From positions 1-64,000 of the forward strand of contig JASANG010003711.1 in the NCBI GenBank assembly GCA_030248215.1: DNA of 64,000 bases, read 5' to 3'. Made by a program: the position numbers and the translations under genes. The notes beneath the pieces were generated by a model, which was not told the DNA's origin, did no database searches, and saw only the letters and a program-made list of their open reading frames with translations. The stretch's first letter is position 1; each line of letters begins with the position of its first letter. Positions 49,601 through 61,600 of the stretch are shown here, one piece after another. This DNA is from Enoplolaimus lenunculus. Lineage: Eukaryota.

Positions 49601-52600
49601 ATATAAACTATTTAATAATGCTAACGAATGCAAGCATATACATCACCTAATTTCTGTTCTATTTGATCCATACGTCGCATCAAATGTTGAATAACTTATT
49701 CTAATTTACGATAAATTCGTTGAGCAGAAAACTTTTGTTATCAATTTCAATGCGAAATATTTGTGATAAGAGTACCGTTTTTTTGACAGCAATTGAGTGA
49801 TAGACGTAATTTTAAGCTTGACTTGAAATTGTTGACTCGTCAAAATTTTCAAATGACCCATATATATCTATTAGTAGGTACTGCGCGACACGTTTGTCCA
49901 GTTTATCTATAGACATACCGCTTCAATTTTGATAACTTGAACGTTTATAAACTTTATCACTCACTACCAGTCTGAATGATAAAGATTTTGATGTCAAACC
50001 GAACTTTCCTGTATGTATTTGAGTTAATTTTACACTAAATCAAGCATAATGTAATTTTTAAATCAATACAATCAAGCGAAATGTTCCGCTTTCGGTTAAA
50101 AGGTAACATGCGACAGTACCGGCAGTGAAATTTCAAGCCATTTTTAAATTTTAGACGTACGAAATAAATTGTGTTAAACTCCAATTAGTTATTTCGGTTT
50201 TGATGTTGCGTCTTACGTACTTGAAGTTACCGCAATTATTATTATTCCGCAATCATTGAAGCCTGTGTCTCTTCACTGCCGGTTGCCTTTTATGAAATTG
50301 ATACGTACCGGTGTATATATGTCAAATTTTGGAAACTAGTGTTATTAGTTGTGTGAATTTTTGGGCCAATAGGTCGCGAGTGCGATAAGGGGTATGTCGA
50401 GGTTGAAAGATGTAATCAATCAAAATTAGACGACGAATTTTTGCTTAAAATATTTGCAGAATGTGGTTTGAAGTTCATTTAAACAGTAAACAATGTCATC
50501 AACTGAACATACCATTTTAAGTGTACATTCGGTTAAAATAACTGGCCCATGTAGAGTACGCGATGTGCCCATTGCAAGATAGAGGGACTGAAGAATTTAA
50601 ACACTGGAGGGATTATGTTTAAAATTAGCGCTCATATTCTCAAATCTGTGTAGCACCAATCACTAGTTAATGACAGGGCTTGTAACTTTGAAACCAGTGA
50701 AATGCTTTGGCTCAAAATTCAGCGCATTTTCCCGTATGATTTGCTTTACTGCTGTACCAATTTTGAGTTCAACAATGCAATAGCTAGTGAGTTTGAAAAC
50801 CTACTACTAGCTGGATGATAGTTGCTATGTACATTTGATAATATGGGCCTAGGTTTAGGCTTATACTCGTAGAAAGGCCGGTAAACTTTACGTGGGCCAA
50901 ACCACTGTTAGATTACAATAAAGTCACTATTTTAAAATAACGAAAATACCTTAATATGTATTTTTTGTAAACCTAATTTTAAAAATTACTTTATCCTTTG
51001 CCTAATTTCGTGTACTTTCTAAACATGCATACAGACCCAATATTCGGTGAGTTTGTTTGACTTGTTGACATATCGCTACACATTTATACTTGTGATTTTG
51101 AAGCAAAACATGTAAAAAATTGAACAAACTTTACAAATTCTCGACAATACAGCAATTTGATGAAACATATCAATTAATCATAATTAATATTTTCAGTTTA
51201 AAAAAAGCTACCTTATTAAAATTAAAAATAGTTCAAAAAACATTCGCTTTAGTACGTTAATAATTATTGTAATGTTTTGCAAATGCTGCAATTCTGTGCG
51301 AAACGTTTCAGCAGTTGATCTACATTCCCACGATAAAAACAACGATTCAGTGAGAGCACAATTTAAAGTTTTTAGCGACGGCGGAAAGTTTCACATAAAT
51401 TGTAAAAAATAATACTAGACAACGCCCGTACGGTAGTTTTGTATCTAGACACATTTGGGCCAAACATTATACTGTGAAAATTAAAAATGATTCTATGTAT
51501 TAGCCAAAATTTACCGCAACCTACTTCTAGTATCAGCAGCAAGGTGCAAAGCGGAACTGGATTATATTTCAATCGAAACAGCAAATTTATACCGGAATCG
51601 GTACAGCAAAATTATAATGGAATCGGAACAGTAAATTTTGTGACAATATGGACAATTTGTTTTAACAATAATATAATATTGATTTCGGAGGTCTGTTGGC
51701 GGGCAATAATTTTCTAAAACGTCGCATGAACAAATAGGCGACGATTTTTGTGGTTCTGTAAAGCTAAACTACAATCGATTATTGATAAGTTAACTCATCA
51801 AAATCATTTAATAGATAAATGACGAAAATTTTTATGCTACATATCACAACAACAAGTAGGATTAATATTAGAATTTATAAATTCCAATTCCGATTGATTG
51901 TGCCATTGGAATCGGAAATATTTTTGAATCGGAATTCTAATCGGAATTGTAATTCCGGTTGCACCCTGATCCACAGGTATTATTAGTAAATATGCCGCGG
52001 GTTACTAGTATGTAAAATCTCGCTGCTTAATAAAACACAAATGCGTACTTGCTTGAAAAGCTTGCAATTCCGATAACATGTTTCCTTTTTTTGAACCTTT
52101 AAGAGTATATTTTATTATGAAAACTAAGAAATTTTACAAACTTTACCAAAGACAACGTTACGCAAGCTCAATATGCAATTTCAACTGCATGATATTTTAG
52201 AACGAAATCTTACCTAATTCATCCAAACTTTTTGTTTTGATTCTTATGGACGGGTCAGTTCCTGAATAACCACCCATTTGACTTTTTAGTTCAAAATAAC
52301 TGAGAAAAATTTAAGCTAATAACGCGAATTTTTTGGTATATTTCGTGTTTTTAATGCGTTTTTTCAACTACAGGATCGCACAGTTGAAACGTTAATTTCA
52401 TTGTCACATTTTGATACTAAAACAAAACACTGCGGCATTTGGCTGTAATTATCACAGATTTTGCACTGACTCAATTCATCCGTGTCATCTGCATTGAAAA
52501 CTTAAACGAGTCATTTAAACGCACAATTAGCAACAAAATTTTAAAATATAATTTTTAAACATTTGAAGTACACCGACAGCGCGTGCTTGAACAATACAAG

Positions 52601-55600
52601 GGAATTGGTGAAATGCAATGTACTAAGCAAGGTATTTGCCACTGCATCTAAAAAGTTGACCAAAAACTGAACCAGTACCAGATTTAGAAGACAATCGGCG
52701 TCAATTTTTCCAGATTCGCAATGCATTATAAACTCAGTTTAAAATAACGTTTATAAAACACATTAGTTGTTATTTATGCAATATGTTTATTTTAAAATTA
52801 GATCTTGTTAGCTTATTTTTTTGAAAGATCTATCCAGTTTAAAACTATTAATGCAGACTAAACCAGAGACTGTCAGAAACTGGTATGTTAGCTAAACTCT
52901 GATGCTAACAGTGTTCTAACAAAGATTAACTTGGAACAAGTAATAGTTCATTAGCAATCAACTGCATATAAAATTGGTTTCAAAATTACCGTATACTTCA
53001 TTAAGACGCGATATATATATTGAAACCGATGACCTTTTTGGCGAAGTACAACGCGACAGAGTGATCAATCTTATGGCGACTCAAGAATCGACTCTTACGG
53101 ACAGTTCCTTAATGTCCATTTATTTAATACTAATGTTCGCCCATTAAAACTAGTAAAAATTATTGTTGTAAACGGTAGTAAAATCGCTCTGAAATTCTTA
53201 CACGAATGAAAAGTCAAAGTTCACCACCGTCGCTGGAGGGCCTTTTCCAAACTGCTGGTAGTATTGTAAACTATTTCTTCAGCAGCTAAAGATATAATTT
53301 AATAGTCGCAGTACGACCGTTATGTACGTATATATTGATTTGTTTGCAACCAACGATATGAGGGCTAATTTTGAAGATATACTTGTAAATAGTGAACAGG
53401 TATTCAGACTAAGGCATCCGCATCAAACTTTTGGCCCATGTTATTTTAAGGGGCGTCCAGGTTTCAGGTGGGTCCATAAAAGAGTAGGTTTAGATTCTAG
53501 ATTAAATTTTTTGCTTAGGCTTAGGAACACATTTTTGCAACGCTTAGGCTTAGGAATACGGTTAATCTACTGTCATGCCCCTTAAAGTAATATTGGCCAA
53601 AATTTTCGTGAAGGGCTCGATATGGTGCTGCTTAACTTAGAATTCCGTAATTATTTATTAGACACTTACGTACACGTTTTGAAATAGCATAGATTCAAAA
53701 CCACAGCGTTGTCAGCATAAAGTCCTGTTGAGGGGTCATGGGTGTTAAAACAGTGGCCGATCCCTGGAGGGTGGATGAGAATATGCATTCAACGACAAGC
53801 TGAACAGTGCGGTCCATTTTGCAGTTGGGAATCAGTGGCTGATTCAGAAATTTCCGACTACGTGGTGGAAATGACATCAAACAATTTCATCTTCTCTTGG
53901 GATCGAATTTAGCCTTTTTCGGTGAAAAATTCGAGATTGGAAGGGATATAGACTCTCTCCAAGTTCGATTTCAAATCATTGCTGACCGATAATACAAATG
54001 AAACGAAAGGTTCACGTGTTTATATATCGAAATAGAACGCGGACTAATCGCGAGCAACAATGCGTATCAGTTAAAGGAAACTTTGCCAGCGAAGCGAGCG
54101 AGAAGCTAAGCGTATGCTCTGATAAATTGATGTTTAAAATGTTCAACTGAAGTGTGTGAGTTTGAAAAAATATGTTATAATAAATTTCACAATTGAAGTC
54201 GTACAACGATGAAAGCCTTGCGAGAAAAGCGAGTTAGAAACCAGACGAAATCTTTAGTCAAAAAAGCAATACTTTATAGATCTGCCTCGCTACGGTCATG
54301 CTGTCTCCACCACATTTAAGCTTTTTACTTACTTCAGGCTTACGCTTTCAGCCTATGGTTTACCCAAAGGCATAGGCTAGCCGTTTCCTAAACGCAAGCT
54401 TGACACTAAACATGTGAGAAGAAAAGTGTACAACAGTCGAATTTACTTGCTATATTTTTAAATGAGTTTTTGCAATGATTTGATTCAACTGTAGCCTAAT
54501 CCAATCAGCCCTATACAATCGGGTATTCTGAGTAGAACGGGCAAGATGATTTTCAAAGGGCGGTGAGTAAAATTTTACTCGCATAGGGTGGAGCTCCCAC
54601 CAACCCCTTTATTTGCAATTACGGGCTTGAAACAATGCTGTGCGGCAAATTGTTTTTTTTGCAAATTTTCATAGCATTTAAAAAACAATATCGAACTTAT
54701 GAATACTACATTATATGCATTTCTCAGAGTGCACTGAATGTAGTAGCATCAAATTGCTGAATGCCACATCAAATTTATTATTATTTCATATTTATATTTA
54801 TTTATTACGTTTTAATGGCAAACTTACTGGAGCCACCCAAGGAATTTGTTGTATACTCATTATTTGGATTCTCATTGAAATGCGAGTTTCAAAATATGTA
54901 CTAAAGCAAAATGGGTGAATTAAGAATACGATAAAAGATTAATCTGTGATGTATCCCAGTGCTCATAGAAGGGATGGTGTCATTGTTGTTAGTTGAATTT
55001 TAATTTTAAACTTAAATTCGAATTGTGTTGTTCAGCACATAACATGAGGCAGTACCGGAGCAGACAAGGGTGGGGCTCCCCAAACTCCTGCGTGGGGCTC
55101 CCAACTCCATTGTGGCGGCCCCAAACTCGTGGTTTTCTTTCAACCGGTTAAGGGACTCTTTTGGGGAGGGCCCCCAAATAGGGGATGGGGGTGGCTGCTC
55201 CGGCCGTGACATGAAGCAACTCATGTTTTGGATTTAAAGATGCTTAAATCTACACCAATAGATTGTTACGCTACTAGCTGTAAACGTTTGCTTTGCAAGC
55301 ATTACTTGTCATTTTTTTCTTATTTTCTGTGTTACCAATTAATACTTTTGAAACTCAAATTCTAATTTAAAATCTTCTGGACGGTGTTTTAAGTAGATTT
55401 AAAAATTACAGTATTAGCGATTTAATAGAAGTACTGTAATATTCTTTAAATTATTAATGTTCGCTGTACTCCTTAAGTTTAAGTGCGATTTTTGTCAAAT
55501 TTATTCCATCGTTCATTTTGGTTTATCTTTTGAATGTTGTGAAAAAATTAAGGACACTTAAGCAATGTATCTCATGAATTGATGTTTCTGAATATATTAC

Positions 55601-58600
55601 AAGCAGGGTGCAACCGGAACTACAATTTTCTGGAACTGGAACCGGAACCGGAATTTCTTGATTACAAGCCAACTGCATACGTATAGTTGGTAATTCAGAA
55701 TAAATGTACCAAAGGTAACAGCATAAGTTACGCTAGATTTTGCAAAAAAGATAAATGTTGACATTTGTAAACCAGAATTTAACTAAGCGTATTTTCTTAG
55801 TTTTTAAATCAGTTACCATTAATGAATGATAACTTGAGATAGCGTAGTCCTATGAGTAACGAAACCCCTTTGGAATTTAGGCCTATTATTTCGCTAATTT
55901 ATATAAATTTGATGCATACATTATATTTAAAAGTATAGCGTATAAAAAGTGTTTAGTAAAATGACAAATTTCGGCTTTAATTTGCCATTGAGAAACGAGA
56001 ATCGAGATAAAACTTTATAAACGGCGTTTTGTTTTAAAATGCTGCTTTTTTGCCGATCTCGCAATTAACTTTTTCCGTTTCCCCTGAGGAAATTAACCGA
56101 TAAATTCACACAGTTCGCTGCAACCATTTTGCTATTTTTGAGTTGTTCATTTGTCAGTTTTGTTTGAAATTTGAATATTAATGATATATACGTACTGTAC
56201 CTACTGATACAAGAATTTTTAACTTTTTAACGGGAAGGAATATCTCGTAATACAAGTGAAATGCATAGCGATTTATGTAAGTATATATATTAGTGTTATC
56301 AGAACGTTACGTGTTTGAATAATTTGTGGATCGAAGCGAAAGTTTCTGAGTTGGAATATTTCATTAGTGTCTATATATATTCTCTTGCTATAAATATATA
56401 TTCATAAAATTGATATGTATTAGTAATACACACAGATTCTTACCCATGCGACTGGCCAGACGGACATAGCTTTCACTAACGAACCGTTTCGCCCTGCCTG
56501 GCTGAAAATTTTGTAACTTCGTTAAGAAATTTTGTTAAGAAAATTTTCGTTTCCCTCGTCAGGAATTCTGATTGCTTGCCTCCTCAAACAAATTTATGAT
56601 TTACGCGACTGACTAAATTAGCGTCTCAAAGATGGTATATAAACGATTCAGTACCTTAACATTTTATACGCATTCGTTTGTTGACTAAACCAATTCAGGT
56701 AGAACACACGTGCGTTTAAAAACTGTTTATTGCAGTACAAGAAATGTTCGTATATGATTGGTTACTTACTTACTTTTTTTGTTTCAATTTTAGTCGACCA
56801 CCAAACGCACTGGCGTCAATTGTGCAAACTGCAAAACTAGCACCACAACGTTATGGAGACGCAATCATAACGGTGAACCTGTGTGCAACGCGTGTGGCCT
56901 TTATTTCAAGCTGCATAATGTAAGTTGGATGCAATTTTTTTGCTCGTTTATTTCTGATATTCGTTGTTCTAATATTAGTTTTTTTTCGAATTATTTTATT
57001 TTTTGTAAATATTGTATTTTTTAGTAAATTTAAATATATACTTTACTTCTGCATTTCATAAGAAGCTGACTGAATTGTTGTTGAAGCGTAATAATCTCGA
57101 AAAGCCGCCATCTTCAAAAAGTGGTGCATTTTAGAATTGTACTTGGTGCTGGGGGAATGTATATGAACGTAGAGTTTTGCCTTATGAATGAAAGCAGTTC
57201 AATGAGTACAACGATAATTGCATTGTTTGACAAAATCATAAAAAAATTGGGTTAATCAAGCCGCCATGCTTATTTAATAGGCCCATGTTACTTTAAGGGG
57301 CGCCCAGGTTTCTGGTGGTTCTAGAAACGAGTAGGTTTAGATTGTAGATTACATTTTTTCTTAGACTTCGGGCTTAGGAACTCATTGTTGCAACGCTTAG
57401 GTTTACAAATACGCTTAATCTACTGTTACGCCCCTTAAAGGAACATTGGCCACGATATATATGGACTAGCAAGCAAATTATTGAACAATTGTTCTTGGCA
57501 AACACTATGCTAAAGCGTTAACTAGTAATTACAATTTGATTGTTTTGAAAATATTTTTTTTGCACGAAAAACTTCTGCTGTGAGTTGGCTTTCACTTTTA
57601 TAATTACGTTGGGCATTCTGTTTTGAATATTAATTGATATTTAAACTGTTGTCGACAATTTTGCCTCAATTTGTGTGAAATATACTTTAATTTTTAGCTG
57701 AATATTAACTTTAAAATTGTTGGTCGCCAAAACTGTCATCGTAAAAAGTTTATCTTAAGTCTACTATCAGCAATAACGGTCGATCCAGGAACAGTAAAGA
57801 TAAGACTTGGGTGTCTGTAAAGACCACCGTAGATAGTCATTATCGTAATACTAAAACAGTTATCGTACCTACAATAGAATTTGATTTGACACACGGCACA
57901 CATTTTTGTAGTTTATTAATCCTCAGTTTATTTTCTCCGCAAAAAGTGTAACTTATCACTGATAACAACTAAGTCGACCGTTACGAGAATATATATTGTG
58001 TAACTGCGAACAGATGGTACTAAAATATCTACTGAAAGTTTAATCCAAAATTAAAACTGCTGTATTAAATACATAGCTAGTAAATTCTTAAAAATATTTT
58101 GTAAAAAAAATGTTTTGTACAAAGACTATTGGCCATTTTTGAAGATGACAGAGAACGAAAGCGAGTTGGGTGGAGACGATTGCGAGTCTTAAGGTGTGGA
58201 TAGACGAAAATAACCGGCTGGCCGATATTTTATAACGGTGTTCGTTAATTTTTGTCATCAAACAGGAAGTGAAGGATCAGTTTTTCGATATATAATTTTT
58301 ATGTACCAAGTTTTATAGGAGATGTCAGTATATATAAATTGATAATGGATTATAAACGCAGTGATAAGAATGCGTTTTATTAAGTGTGAAAGCGTAATGG
58401 GGAAAGTTAAAAAGATTTGCTATTATGGGATTAATTACGAACGTATTAATGATTGTTAAGCGACAGATGCATTGATGACGAACTGTTGTTATATTATATT
58501 AATTGGCGGCACAATTTAACAAACGCCGAGCCGAACGAATTTAAATTTTTAAATTTTTCAAGTCTTAAGTGTGTAGATTTTTCAGTGATGGTCCGCCTTA

Positions 58601-61600
58601 ATGCGAAAGTTAAAATCTGCAATTAACAAAAAATAATAGAGGTATACTGGGATATATATCCCTCCAAGATGTTTTGAAAGTCGATATTGCACACATTCTA
58701 ATGATTTTGTCAATTTGGCTGTGTTTATACTATATATACTAAATGCGTATTTTGTCGTGCTTTCGGTCCAAATAAACTTCTTCGCATTTCGCAGGCTATA
58801 TAAAATAACTTGTGCGGGTCAAATTATTTTTCTCGCTCGCTACGGTCAACCGCAAAAAACGCTTAGATATGGTCTGTTCTTGACGAAAATGCTGGCGACG
58901 CTCCTGCGTTTAACGTACGAAACGGAAAAATAATAGACGGATACTGTAAACCGTTCATGAGGGAAGGGATTTAATTAATTAGAAATTGAGATGTAGTATC
59001 AAGTAAAAGCTTGCCGTGACTGCTAAACGTATTTTATTGCTTGATGGATGACGGTTGACTCAATTTCTTGATTGCAAGTTGTACAACTTCCATCGTTTCA
59101 TAATTGGTTTAATTAAACGGGCCCATGTATAGAACAGGGCTGAATCGTTTTCCGGACGGGCTGTAACAGAGTCAGTTTAAGCTTTAGACTAAATTTTTTT
59201 GTTTAGGCTTAGGCTTAGGAATAGGCTCATCCTTACGTTTAAGCTTAGGCTTAGGAATATGCTTATACTACTGTTCCGGCCCCGTTCCATACATGAGCCA
59301 TTAGACGAAGTACAATCATCGATATTGATGCTTCTAGAAATGTTAAATTTTGAGTTCTGGTTAACGCAGATTATATTCAGTTTTACAAGGCAGTACCTAA
59401 ACTTTGCCAAGTATTCGATATATGGATAATTCGCTACTTTCAAAATTTGTTATTCGCTACTGAACGGAAAAAATGTAATGGTTTTAGAGGTAACCGTTGC
59501 GGCATATCATTCGTAATTGTTTTATTAAAATGAAAAAACTTTCAGCTTTCCACAATATAAATTTTAAAAAATAATGAAAATTGTAACCATTAGTAAAAGT
59601 CGAACGAATGTTTAATTATGTAAATTTAAAGCGCTAAGCCGTTCACTGCAATGTAATTATCAATGTTGCTCCTTTGATTTGATCACAGCTTCAAAGCGGT
59701 CACTGAGTTGTAAAAGCGGCGTAAAAGTATAAGCTTTTAAAATGCAAATCCGGCTTAATTTCGTCAATAAAAGTTTATATTGTATTCGTCATAATTTGGT
59801 GCTATCATCAACAACAACTGCATTTAATTTCAGTGTCTTTTCGGCTGTGTGGAATAACCAAAAAGACCAAAATTTTAAATTCAGTCACTTTCGGGTTAAT
59901 TTGACCAATTTTGATTTTAGTCTTCACCACTTCTAAGCACCGATTATTCCAGCGGCTAATGTATGTGTGGTAAAGTGATTTAAACTACAATAAACTCGAG
60001 TCAGTTTTAAAGTTAAAACATATTTGGTCAGTGTGATTTTTTTGATTGCACTTGCAAGCGACGAATGTTGGAACAATGAAATTGTTTGTAAACGTATATT
60101 TCAAAGCTGTACACGTAGCTTGATTTGCGGGCAGGTGCACAGATGAGCCACTCGACCATTGGTTGATATTTTTAGTGGTGGCTGGGGGGCGGGCGGGCAG
60201 CTTTCGTTGGCGAAATTTTTTTGCTAAACATTAAATAAAGATTTCTTGGAAAATTTTTTGGTGCTACAATGGACTGGTACGAAATTGCGTTCAGAAAAAT
60301 TGACCAGTTTGTTCTCATTGTCACATTTACACGAGACAGGCCTCGAGACAGTGAATCTGACAAATTCGTCGCCCGAAAACTTGGTGCAAGCGGTGCCCTG
60401 AGCTTCTGCCTAAGCCCCTAAGTATAAGCTTTAACATAATTCTAAACCTGAACCCTTAGCCTAACGTTAACCAACCAATTTCTGAGTTTAGAAGCTTTCA
60501 GATTACAAATTGTCCAAGCACCCGATGGCAGAAAGATTATCGACAGGATTAAAAGGACTAAAATTATAAGTTTCGAAAAAGTTTAGACTACTCTTTAATA
60601 GAAATCGTTGATTACAACTTAAATAAAATTTAACGCATTTGCGAATTTGGCTGTCCTTAGTTTAACAGTTTTAAATAGACTTGTGTGGCTAATTTTTGTA
60701 CAGTAATCATCCTTTGTTTTAAAATTTAAAACAAGTAAATTTGATATTTTAAAATGGAAATGGTCGTTTTGAAGCTAATATTGTGTGTTTAGACAAACAA
60801 GTAAAAAGTATATACGGCTGTATTGCAACAGTACATATATTTGTGTCTTCGGCACAGTCGGTGAACGTTAATAAATCTACTCAAACGTTTGTTCAAGCTC
60901 GCTGAAAAACTGTAAAATTTGAAAACGCAAAATCAGTATCCTCCCATTCTGGAAAATTTCAGATCCTATGCAGAGTCGTATTAATTGAATAATTAGTAGC
61001 TACCTTGAAACAGAAACTTTAAGCTTAGCGAAACCAAATTTAATGTAGAACCAGAGTGGGACATTTACCCGCGGTCATCTGTGGGTATCCGCGGATAAAC
61101 ACGGGTCGAGTAAACAAATTTCAGCCGCGGGTAATGATTTGTATCACGCGGGTAGAAAATTGACAGTTTTTAAACGCGCCAAAGTTTTAAGAGTGAAGAT
61201 GCAAAACGTACGCTATTAACTAAGCTAGTCAGTGATCGTTGAACAAGCAAAAGTTGTGTGCTTTATTTAGTTGAGTTCGACATTTTGTTGTTTGCAGTAA
61301 GCTTTCAGGTGTAAAATTCCCTGGAGCTTTAACGCAAAATGTCATTAAAGTGCAAATCACCAGCGATCTTTAAAATACTGGTTTAACTTCAGGCGTGGGT
61401 AAAAGGTGGGTCGAGTAAACCTTTTTAACGTGGGTATACCCAAACCCGTGGGTAAAAAGACCTTATTTGCCTTTCATGGAAGGCCTCATAAATAGTGTTT
61501 GTAACACTGGAACTCTATTTTCTAATCGACTTTTTAGTAAAATTCAGTTCTATAAAAGTTCTGGAAAGTTTTCCGTTCAAAATTTTAGAACTAATTTTCC

